From: Kudoa neothunni
Lineage: Eukaryota; Animalia; Cnidaria
Reading direction: 5' to 3'
Length of the DNA: 64,000 nucleotides
Assembly (NCBI GenBank): GCA_964304625.1
Contig: OZ199840.1
Location: 4,254,490-4,318,489 of the forward strand
Shown here: piece after piece, positions 39,908 through 52,171 of the stretch
Layout of the letters: each line of letters starts with the position of its first letter
Numbering within the stretch: position 1 is the first letter of the stretch
Program-made: the position numbers and the translations under genes
The notes under the pieces: generated by a model
Seen by the model: the letters and a program-made list of their open reading frames with translations, nothing else
The model's database searches: none
Told to the model about the DNA's origin: nothing

Positions 39908-42900
39908 ATGACCACTGAGAATCAAAAGTAACGCTTTCCCACCGTTACTTTTGATAACTTTCGTAGTGGAAACGTTTCCGACGAAACAACAACCATGTCG
40001 AAAAGTGCTCAGAAGAAAGCTGCAAAAAAGGCCGCCAAACAGGAACGTAAGGAACAAAATATGCAAAAAGCTATGAAAGAGATGACTGTGGCAGAGGTGT
40101 GTGGATGATTACACTCGATACAATTTTTGGGTTGATATGAAATGAATTAATTTTAATAAATAGGATTTCGCCAAAGAAAACTATGGCAACTATGAATTAT
40201 GCAGGTCGGAAAAGAAAACCGGTATATGTGCACGATTGTTTGAGTATTTTCATAAAAGTTTTGTAGATCGCGTTTGGACAAAAGTTGGCAAAATCGCCCC
40301 TGAGTTGTGCGGAAAAACCATTCTGGTGCGTGGGCGTTATCAATCCAGTAGAGCTACTGGCAAACAATGCTTTATTGTACTGCGTGAACAACACAATACA
40401 ATTCAGTGTATTGTTTGTGCGAACGAAACCACTGTGAGTAGGCAGATGGTTAAGTTTTCCGCTGGGTATGTATTAATCTTTCCCGCGCATATTTGGATTG
40501 TTTCGCGGACAAATAATCAATTGGGTGGCATGCAAATATTTAAATTTTGCGCTAAATGCGCACTCATCCATAAATGGTCTTATTGCAAAAGGCATGCGCG
40601 ACGTAAATTTTAAATAAAAATAATGCATGTCTTTTTATATTTATGACGTCAACCAATATATATTATTTATAATTAAAAATAATGTTGTAATTTTTACATA
40701 ATTTTAACTCGAGTCTAATTAATTTTCACATGAATGTATTTGGCTAGCATCTTTTTGAAGGCGTTTATTGTTCCATTTTGTGTATTTTATTATATACATA
40801 TGATAAATGTGAAGTTTAAACGACAATAATACGTATAAGTATCGGCGCAATTAATTGTAGCATCGCTTGGTAAAAATCTATGGATTGCGCACGTCGAGCG
40901 AAAATTTAGAATTAGCCGTATTATATTTTAGCAGGATTTTATATCTCCTACCAACAGAATATTCTTGAAACAATAATCTAACAATAGACGGTATTATTAG
41001 GCTGTTGTTGTTGTTATTGTTTAATTTAAAAGTCATTTTTGGTATCATTTATTATTAAAGGGTAATTGGATAATTATGGGAACAATACAACGGATAGAAT
41101 CGTTCGATTACGCGCGATATACGAATTCTCATTGACTATTTCTATGGATTGATTGAAAACAACTAATTATCATGTTTATACACTCTAAACCAAATTTGGC
41201 CGCATTATAAGTCATTCACATTAGCAGTGGACTAATCGCTTAAAATGTATGGAAAAGTCGCAAAACTTTGACACAAATCTACTTGCGCGCTAGTCTGTAA
41301 ACAATAATCAATAATAGCCGGAAATATTATGCCGTATTAAACTGTGGCTGTGGGTTCGATTCCCGCTCGTTACAAACTAATACATGAACATAAACACATG
41401 CGTTTATAATAGTTACGATAAAATATATTAATTCGTGCTAATCTAGTATCACTAAAGAAAGCATTATTGATATATACGCGAAAGTTGTGCTTGCACCAGA
41501 AAAAGTCCAATACTGCACTGTTGATGACTTGGAACTTCACATAGAGAAAGTTTGAGCGTCTTCTGTCAGTTCTTTTATTTAAATTATGTTAAAAATAGTT
41601 ATTTGTGGTTACGCCTGCCGACAGAAAACTTCCTCTATTGATAGAAGATGCATCGAGAGGAGTCGATGATGCAGTATTTTCTTGGCCTCAACTAACTGAT
41701 AATAGATGATATCTACATTTACATTTGCATTTGTAGGAAGAATTAAGCCGAGTCAATCAGGACACAAGATTAGACAATCGTTTTGTCGACCTTCGTGTAC
41801 TCATATTTTAATATTTAACTGGCAATATATGAATGTGTTTTAAATGCACAGACAACAACCAACCAAGCAATATTCCGCATTCAAGCCGGCGTATGCAAAT
41901 TATTTCGTGAATTTCTTGATCAGAATGGTTTCGTCGAAATGCAATTTCCCAAAATTATATCAGGTATTTGGTGACACTTGGATTTTAACTAGTTTCAAAA
42001 TGTGTAGCTACTAGTGAAGGAGGTGCTAACGTCTTCAAAGTAGAATATTTTAAAAGGAACGCGTATTTGGCTCAATCACCCCAACTCTACAAACAAATGG
42101 TCATATCGAGTGATTTTGATCGAGTCTACACTGTTGGACCGGGTAATGTACACTGTGGAAACCCAGTTTTTATTTGAACATTTTTGGTGTTCATTAGTTT
42201 TCCGAGCCGAAGACAGCAACACTCATAGACATTTGTGTGAATTCACAGGTCTGGATATGGAAATGGCCTTCTATGAACACTATCATGAGGTAGGTGTATC
42301 GTTGTTTAACTTGACATACAGATCATTTTTATTTATTCATTCATTTATTCATAAATTGACGTGTGTATTATTTAAAGGTGGTTTCAATGATTGGAAAACT
42401 TTTCATCTATATTTTTCGGGGTATAAGAGATAGGTAGATTTATGTTTTATGGGGCTCTAGTTGTTATATGCTTATGTTAGATACTCAAAAGAGATTGAAA
42501 CTGTGAAACGTCAATATCCTTCGCCTCCCTTCGAATTCTTAGATGAGCCGTATGTTTTTTATATATGTGATCCTATTAAGTTATTTGTTTTTTCTTATAT
42601 TTTAATTATAGGCTAATATTGAAATTTACTGAAGGTATCGCTTTGCTTCGTGAAGCTGGCGTAGAAGTTGGGGACTTTGACGATCTAAGGTAATTTGATG
42701 TATTTGCCGCGTTTAGTTCAACTCAGGGTTAATTTTTTTTATTATTGTGAATTAAATACTTGTCATCGTCAGGGTTTTTTGTGAGAAAATTTAATTTATA
42801 ATTTTTGAATTATTAGATTAGTACAAGTGTTTTGCGGTATTAATTATGCTTAGGTATTTTAAATTGAGTTCACTTTTTTAAAATTTCCGCTCGCTCATTA

Positions 42901-44967
42901 AATTTACTATTTTGGAACGAGTCGGAACGCTCTAAATATTGAATATTGATTCCTCTGTTTGTGCACAAAACTTTAAATAACTCTCTTAAATGTCAAGAGT
43001 TCTTTAAATCCACCATAAAATTTAATCTGCTTTCAATTTTATTTTTGTATCATTAAATTAAGAGAAAATATGTGTCGTTATATTTTGGTTAGACTTGAAT
43101 AAATTTTTCTATAATAAAATGCATAAATATAATTATTTTATTCTAGCATCGAACTCGTTTCCTATCGCGTATATCGTACATAAATAATGGCGTGAAATAT
43201 TGGTATTATTTTTTGTTAACTGAATCGAATTCTAATAATTGCACTTACAAAATATTTTAATTAAAATATAAAGACTGGAAAATTGAAAATTTATCCTAAA
43301 AATGAGTTAATTAATTATTTTATTTCTAACCGAAATTTTCACTGTTACTAATACTTTGAGATTAAATTGTAACAAGCATACGCATCGATGGGAGGCATCT
43401 GGCATCTAACCAGTGTTCAAGTGAATCATGATTTCATTCAAAAAAAGAATTATTCATCAAAAAATTTACAAAATCAAAATAAATTGCATAGTTTGTTACG
43501 ATCGAATTTTATGCTTCTTAATTTCGTGTCTTCGAGACTGTAACTATTAAAAGTATTATGAAAAATACGTAAAATCAACCGGGAGTTATTTAATTTTGTA
43601 TTTTTAATTTTTAAATTAAAGTTAAATTAATATTCACATAGATGATTAACTGTACTAATTTATAATTTTCGGAATTTGCCACGATTAATGTGAAATCATT
43701 TGTTCAAATGTTTTAAACACATATTGACACAAAAAAACAATCGGGCGAGTAAATACTCCTATTAACATTTCAAATTTAAAGTAACTTGTCTCATAACTTT
43801 CGCATACACGTGATTAAAATATATGCTGATGCTGATTAATTCTTTTTTTTTTTTAATTTCCGAAAAATATTGATCCAATACATCTTTAGAATTAGACAAT
43901 AATTCAAGAGATTATTCAGTGTATTTCCTGTTTTAATTTTCAAGAATACACTTCGGTTAATTATTCTCCTATTTAACATACGTCAAATAAATATTGAGAA
44001 TATCACCACTAATTTATGATAAAATCTGCCATATTCTGCAATAACGGCATCGATCAAATCAGCGAAAGTTTTAATCGCCTATAATTTGTTATGTTTAAGT
44101 GTACGTTATGTTCAATTTCCAGTTTATTGGCATAACTTAGTCATTAATGATATAAATATTGTTTTCCGTGATTTTATCTTGTCGACAATAATTTTTACAT
44201 TTTAATATTATTATAAACAATTCTGATACTTTATTAAGATCGAATATAAAGTTATTTCATTATACTTAGAGCTGAACAAAATAGTTATTCTACTTGCTTA
44301 ATGTTGGAAATTCATAATTATCAAAAAAAAGTAGAATCCATTAATAGTAACACACGGAAAACAGTGGATAAGTAATTAACTAAGCATATAAATATAAGTA
44401 TAAGTATAAATAGGTTTTATTTCGTTAGAAAAATATCATCTCACCTTCTATTACAATTTAGTACTCCTAACGAGAAACTGCTTGGTAAATTGGTCAAAGA
44501 AAAATATCATACCGACTTTACATTCTTGACAAGTACCCCCTTGCAGTTCGACCGTTCTATACTATGCCGGATCCGCACGATTCTGTACATATCATTAGTT
44601 ATACATTTTTTGTTATTATGATGTGTTGTAGAATTTTAGCAACTCATATGATATGTTTATGCGCGGCGAAGAAGTTTTGTCGGGTGCTCAACGTATTCAC
44701 GATCCTCAGCTATTGACAGAACGGGCGAAATTGCACAATATCGGTAGGTCACATGGGACAATTACTGTGGTAAAACAACTCTAATCTCCTTGTGGATAAT
44801 AGGTATTGAAACCCATTCAAAGTTATATCGATTCCTTCAGGTATGGTGTCGCCCCTCATGCGGGTGGTGGAATAGGTTTGGAAAGAGTTCTTTCATTCTA
44901 TTTAAATCTTGGAAACATTCGAAAAACTTCTCTTTTCCCTCGTGACCCTAAGAGGGTTACTCCGTGA
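39908..44967 (+). CDS. DARS1: Aspartyl-tRNA synthetase, cytoplasmic
   Basis: About 16 exons spliced manually from MTTENQ|[21 protein letters not shown]. Motifs: [165 protein letters not shown]. Two apparent 1-bp indels (~44519, ~44803-44814). Confidence 0.97.
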
Positions 44968-45789
44968 ACTGTGGATTTTCAATGACTTAATATTACCCAA
45001 ATCTAAGTAGATTTACTCACATTATATTGTTTTTGTTGTTTTTGTGCAACCATCCAATATCATATGAATTTTTCAGATTAAATAAAACAAAAATGTCCTA
45101 TTTTTTTAGTATTATTCAAATTTAAGGAGTAAGCCTAAATTTTCGAAACAACTCCTAAAATTGATTTAATTTGAGTTTTAACTACAGGCAGTTATGGGAA
45201 TAATGGGTAAAAATGCTTCGATTTAATCATGCACCAGTTCTCAGTAAGACATGATTCTCTAAATCACTAGATTATATCATATTAGATTAATTCGCTTACA
45301 AATTAAATCGTTTATGACGGAAAACACATTATGTACCGTTCAACTAAAACTAGACACGCACAATATAACGCTTGTTAAGGATCATTATTGTCTTAATATT
45401 TTTCACCTTTGTTGATTATCTTAAATCATTAACTTAGATCAAGTTGTTTTCACGCTGATACTAGAGTTCAGACGAATGGATTAGAATACGGTGAAATTAT
45501 TCACTACTTTACAATGGAATATTTATTGGTTTCGGCTAATTGATTGAAATGCCATAGGTAGCCCGCTCGATCAAAACTATTGTCTATTTCAAACATTCTA
45601 ACCCCATAAAGTGACTAGTTATTAATTTCACTCGCGTCATAATCCTCGTCAAATAGACTGTTCGTTAATAATAGTCAATGATCTAGATTGTTGCAAAAAT
45701 TGAAGTTTTTTAATATTATATCTAAAGGTAATCGCGTATTTTACCATTAAAAATTTTCTAATCCAACTAGCGTAACGAATCCAAGAATT

Positions 45790-47795
45790 ATGGACAAAGA
45801 AAAGCTCCACCATTTATTAGATTGTTTAGTTTACGGCGACGATGGTATGATTTTGCAGTCGTAACCCACACCCTGAGAGGAACATTATGTTTCCAATATT
45901 TAGATCGACTGAAAAATATGAATAAATTTATGATTGTTCACTCAATCAATCTGATAAAAGACTATTGCAAATTAAGAAATCGTGAAACTATGTAGCGCTG
46001 CTATCACAATCACTACCATTGTTTTTCTGAGGCTAACAGTTACCTCTTTAGTATATACAAAAATAAATCCATCCCGTATCATGAATTTTGGGATAATATG
46101 AAAAAAGATTCCTCAACCAATCCAAACACATTTCAAAAAATACACCCAGGATTAGAATTAATAGAAGAAGTAAATATTGTTGTTTAGTTGGATGTATCAA
46201 TTGAATTGTCGATGGTCCAACGTAGAATGTGGAAAAACTGAAAATGTTATGTCATCCGATCTACTACGAAGACTTTGACACGTGTTTCAATCTTGATCGA
46301 GCCAAAGTCCTACTTGAAGATGAGGGTGGGAAAAGATTTAAATGCGAAGATTTTTTCCAACCACTCATAGATCTACTATTGAATATATGCACTCCCTCGA
46401 TGGATTATAAAGCATTCAAATTAAAGGCACTCCTCGCCAACACTGATCAAGGAGGATTGGAGAATGTTGTCCAGGCTTTAAAGTGGATGTTGTTGATGTG
46501 TTATTTTTGACATATTTTCAACTAGAAAAACATATAATTTCGTCACCAGCGTGAGTCTGGATATGGCAAACTTCCGCGTCTACACCATCCAAAATGAGTT
46601 GCTCATGCATCCAAACAACACTTTTGAGACTGAACTTTTTCAAAATATTTACAACAACAATTTGGAAGAATTAGCCAACACCAAAAGAGCATTGGAAAAC
46701 TTTGTCGAAACTCAAACCGTCCTTTCCCCACAATTCGATAAAAACAACATATCCATTGATTCTCTCATTAAATTCACTTTAATAGATATTCTATTTGATC
46801 CCGAATCCGAAATGTGCACAGAAGTAAGCTGAAAATTTGGCTGAAGCCTCAATATAGAAAACCTCAATTTGACACTTTGCTTTTATTGTAGACTTGGTTG
46901 CCGGATATCGATTCAATCAAACATCTCAGCACCAAATTGGAAGTTTATGGTTATTACATGGGGGTCAAATTGTTGGCAAGGAAATATCACAAGGAACGCC
47001 GCTACGATGTGAACGGACTTATAAATGTGATCAACGAAAGGTTCTCAATGGTCTTGCAAATTGTTACACCTGCAATGTAAAAAATTGGCTTGCAAACTTA
47101 AACTTAGAATGACTATCGGTCCGTCATAATCTTGATTAACTGTGACGCGTGCGCACTGCTTTTATTTTGAATGTTAATGTTATTGGCGGAATGCTTTTAA
47201 TCCGAAATGTGTTTCACACACAACGCATATTATTTCTTATCTTCAATGATAACATCCTTTCCCACGGATAAGCTAAGTTACTTTATGATAGATAATCTGT
47301 GATATTTAATTTGTACGTCACTCAATAATAAATGTGATACCCCATTTTAATATTATGTTTCGGATCGAAAGACACTTTCATTTATTTCATAGTTTGGTAA
47401 CTGATTGCGACAATTTAGATCCATCCCCAGCGCCGCATCCATTGTCAATCAAGCGATGGATGTTGTTAAAGGCCGAATTCCTGAACATAAAGTTCTTTTG
47501 AATTCCTTTAAAGTGTTTGAACAAAAGGAGAGTAATCTTTCTCGAGGAATGAGTAATTTCTCCTTTGTTTCGTGAATTATTACATTCATTATCAATAGTG
47601 AAACGAATATATGGCATGCTGGAAAAATTTCTTCAAACCGAGGTTTATACGCCAGACATTTTCATTGATGTGCCCCTTGAGACCAATTATAATCATCTCC
47701 AGACAATATTCAGCGTTATTTTAAGCATGTGTAAGCATCATGAAAAAATTTTCAAATCAATCTATCTCCGCATGATTACGTCTGACAGTGGATAA
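45790..47795 (+). CDS. T-complex protein 11 (TCP11/SOK1) family protein, divergent
   Basis: Spliced product carries TCP11-like blocks in the expected order: MNKFMIVHSINLIKDY, HEFWDNMKKD, LELIEE, LLNICTPSMD (cf. LCAP.RD), SLDMANFRVYTIQNEL...FETELFQ (cf. K.DMANF.I.S.RP.L....YER.KFQ), TE|TWLPD, and C-terminal HHEKIFKSIY. All introns GT-AG and in phase. Confidence 0.8.
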
Positions 47796-49086
47796 CATCT
47801 TTATTTTTTGATTGATTGATTGATTTATTTATTTATTTATTAACCTAACTAGCTACCCATCTAAATAGTAGGGAATTACTTTTTAATCCGATAAATTTTC
47901 GTTTGTCAATTTATATTTACTCTGTGTTGTGTATTTATTTGATTTTGCTCTGGTTTTATTCGAGTGTCGACCATTGAAACTTCAATTACATATTTCTGCC
48001 CTTGTTAAGATTTATAATAGAGTTATACCTTATGATTTGATGCGCACTTTTGACACAAAATTTTAGTGTGAATTTATAAGGATTTACTAGCATTAATGCC
48101 CAGCTTTGCATGGCATTGTGATGGGAACTTTAACTTTTAGTTTTATTTTTCTATTTAAATTGTTGCATTTTAAAGCTTCTCATTATTTTTGCGATGCGAT
48201 GATATAAATAAACAAAATGATACGCGCATTTTGCATCCAAATATAAATAGAGGTATTGAAGGAAATTAACTATTAACGTTCATCTATTTAAACATAATCA
48301 TTAAGTGACTTAAATAGGACTTTAGGTTCTTTCAAAATTTTCGATCAAAATTAATCCTTCTAGTTATAAAATTTATTATTAGTCTAAAAACGATAATATA
48401 CAAATAAAATAAACCTAAGATGCGTCAGAAAAAATATTAATTGTTATTCCATGGCTACAATTTTATAAAGGATGTTGAGTTGATTAATGAGGTTTTAATG
48501 ATCTGTGAGTGGTAACTTACGTATTCACTAGTTGAACATAATTTTTATATTTTTACATAAATGTCAACCTTATTTTTAACAAAACTACTTACTGGTTTAA
48601 AAATATACAAATTTCATTAACTAAATACGATTAAATCTAAGTTGCAAAGGTGTTTTTGGTTTGAAAAATGAAAATACATCCTAAATAATCTGGTTATTCT
48701 TCAAATTTTATGAGATTTGCAACAACTCTTGTAAATGTGACGTTAATAATTTTATTTGTCCTAAAATTACTCAAAACAGGCATATGTACCATTTTTGAAA
48801 TATTCTATGCCGAAATTAACGAATTTACCTAGTATATCGTGAGTAAAAGTTCATTCTAATTGATTATTACTCTGAAATAAACAAACATTAAATATTATAC
48901 AGGTATTTTTAATCTGCTATTTGAGTAAACAACTCGAAAATCCCTTATTTCTGACTACGGTATTTATCATATTTATAATTCCACATAGATAAACGATTTT
49001 TATTGTTGGTTTCATATATTCAAATGCATACTAGAAGCTGTATTTAATCGTTTCTTTGTGGCGCGTGCGTACTTCTGCAGACACAC

Positions 49087-51910
49087 CAGGCACGCAACGT
49101 CATGTTATGCAAGTTATGCGGTGCATATCCTGGTGGGTACAAAACGAAAATAAAATTTCGATAATAGGGAATGTGTAGCTCCCATTTTTCGCCTTTTTGA
49201 GCATGCCCGACAATCCCGATTTTATTTTAAATCGATTATTCACTATTTTAAACTTATGGTCGAATAACAATTAGCCCCATGATTCAATTTTAACATTATT
49301 GCTAAAATTCACGTTCGGCTTCAATTGATGCGCGTGTATATGAATACCCAGAGTAGTTTTGTTCTATTTTCCATATGAATTTAACTTAACAGCCATGATT
49401 AAACATGTTTTGCGTAGTTTTAAACTTCTAATATGTTTTTCCTACTATTATTTTAATAAATTGTTAGTGTTTCTATCAACTGTAATGGAAAACATTGTAG
49501 TTTTAACTGCATTACTTTGATTCAGTCAATTTCGTAGAAACTTTGAACAGATATCTCTCTTAAATATTGGTCTTTTCCTAAAATTATTTCAAGTATATGT
49601 ATTATTTATCTTATCAACTCCTAATAATTAATGTATTCTTTATTTGTGTCCAAGCATAAATAACGCATTTTTAACAATTTCAGGGTAGTTAACACGACAT
49701 TTACCGAATCTTCGTTATGGTGTTTTTTTATCAATAGCCAGCACCAATTTTACAGCATTTTACTCAACAGCGAGAAACTAATAAGTTTGTTAACTGACAA
49801 AAACCTTATCCAGATTTCCACACTATTAAGCGTTATGGTAATCGTATCGAAGGGTCTTGCTTGGGTGGTCGGGATATGCGAATGTTCCGTCAATAAAGAA
49901 GGCAAGAGAAGTCTATTAGAATCTAGATTTTCATTTTTTAAAGGAAGGATGCGAGTACATTGACACCATTAATGCGTCAAGAAGTTGAGCCTGGTTCCAC
50001 ATTCTTTACTGATTCGCAGAAAAACATATCACAAGAGAAGGTCACCACACAAATACAGTGGAAGTTTGTATGGCATCATCTTAAGACCAAATCATCACGA
50101 CAGATGATTGGTGTCCACAGAGTGTATCTAGATTCATATTTTCACGAAGCATGAATGCGATCTAAGTTAGGAAATAAATGGAAATTTATCGATTTTATTT
50201 TAAATTCGATAAATACATTCTACCCCCATCTCTTAGAATTAATTGAATAATAATTCCATTGTTTCGTTCTTTTAAATTCATGTTTCTTATTCTATACGCA
50301 ATGCTAAATTGAAACTAAATATAATATTTAAATTAAAAGCTTTATAATTCCCCCTATATTTTATAATTATTTGTTAGCGGGATCGTTTATTATTATAATA
50401 ATAGCTTTTTAATCCCTTAATAATGTAATAATACATGATTATTATTTTATAAGACTTCTTGAAAAACAATTTCTTTGTTAAGAAAAATTTTTGAATAAAA
50501 CGTTACAAAGAGTTCTTTTGGAATCATTTGTCGATATTCACAGTGATTTTACCAAAATTTTGAAAATCCATATAAAATTGTAAATTTATAAATTTCATCT
50601 ATAATATTTAAACTTAATGTGAATTAATTCTTAGTTAATACGTTTTTGAAAGAAAATGAATAATAAATGTGATATATTTGTGTATTAGCTTATTTTAAAA
50701 TTGGAATGAATTATTAAAAATAATATATAAACTAAAAAAAATTAAGATAATTGATTTTATGGCCGAAGTAATTTGGAAAACTTTGACAAACAAAATTAAT
50801 ATACAGTCATTTCGCGCAATTATCAACAACTATTTTTACTTTCAGCAATATTGCAACCATTAATATGAAATTTAAAATAATACAAAAACATGTTTAATCA
50901 TGGCTGTTAAGTTAAATTCATATGGAAAACAGAATAAAACTGCTCTGCATATTCATATACACGCGCACCGATTGAAGCCGAACGTGAATTTTAGCAATAA
51001 TGTTAAAATTGAATTATCGGGCTAATTGTAGTTCGACCATAAGTTTAAAATGGCGAATAATCGATTTAAAATAAAATCGGAATTTCCGGGCATGCTCAAA
51101 AAGGCGAAAAATGGGAGCTGCACATTCCCCATTGCCAAAAATTTCCTATAAACATAGTTTTACTTTAAATTAATATAGTTATATTGATAATTTTTCGATA
51201 GCATCAGCACAACCTGGCAATGCTTCCAGGCCGTCCCTATTAATTCTACCGGCGTGCCCGAAACTAGCACGTGTCGGTTTATTGGCCACTGGAAACAGAA
51301 TCTTCACCGTTTCTCGCCATCTTTCGCGTCGTTATCCAAAAATCAAAATTTTATACACTTGTTTAAACAACGTTTACGATATGCTGCTTGATCAGTTTCA
51401 AATTGTTAAAAAATATTTTGTTTGTAAAAACACGAAACATTACAATTTGCCGCATAAATCATTATTCACTTTTTTTTTACTGTAACAATGTTGTCTTAAT
51501 CATGAATAATAGCGACTGTTTTAAAAACTATTCAAAATTTTCATACGAAGAAAAAATAAAAGTTATTGCTGATGGTAGATCTATCCCAGAGTTTCCACAA
51601 TTACAGAAAAGTTGTCTAAAATTATTAGAAAATTCCAAACTATCTGGTCCAACAAAAATGAATGGTTGCATGACTGTATTACAACGAAGCGACTTTTATT
51701 GCATAGAATCCAGGAAAAGGGCCTCATGTAGTTTTAATTCATTTATTTTAAAATAATTGATTTTTTTAAAAATTCTTAGATATTAATAAATTATTTTTTA
51801 AAGTTTTTAGTTATAAATTTTGTCTGTCAACTTTGAAATCCGTGGTAATTTAATATCAAAGTAAAATCATTGAGTGCTTACCCAAAGAAAATATTAACGA
51901 CGCGTGCCTG
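49087..51910 (+). mobile_element. hAT (Tip100/ZMYM1-like) remnant hosting the Merlin insertion
   Basis: TIR CAGGCACGCAACGT / CAGGCACGCGTCGT (rc). Degenerate 8-bp TSD AGACACAC / GGGCACCC. Fragment YSKFSYEEKIKVIADGRSIPEFPQL (~51530-51603) resembles the N-terminus of ZMYM1-like hAT transposases. Confidence 0.55.
49160..51136 (+). mobile_element. Merlin (IS1595/ISXO2-like) DNA transposon, decayed
   Basis: ~250-bp TIRs (49160-49411 vs 50886-51136) and 9-bp TSD TAAAATTTC / AAAAATTTC. Transposase remnants KRYGNRIEG/AWVVGICE, RDASTLTPLMRQEVEPGSTFFTDS, and WHHLK...GVHRVYLDSYFHEA. Confidence 0.9.
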
Positions 51911-52171
51911 GGGCACCCACACACTTTATGCGGATGCAACTACTTTATGTATATGTAGATAGATAAAATATTAAAGATTGTGTAAAAAAGTTTCACAAAC
52001 ATTTTTAGCTTAAAGAGAATTTCATTAATAAAGTATCAAACAAAAAATCCTAGAGAGATCAATAAAAATATCAATATGGATACAATTATTGTCGTTGTCC
52101 TTAAATCATTTGATTATAAAATCTAATTCTACGCAAATGTTTATTTAAAACAAAATCTATAACAAGATTTT

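Noticed and set aside
41340-41372. tRNA gene (GGGTTCGATTCCC T-arm) in a DARS1 intron
   Set aside because: No acceptor stem, D-arm or anticodon arm could be folded; more likely a SINE-head relic. The same applies to 1560-1628.
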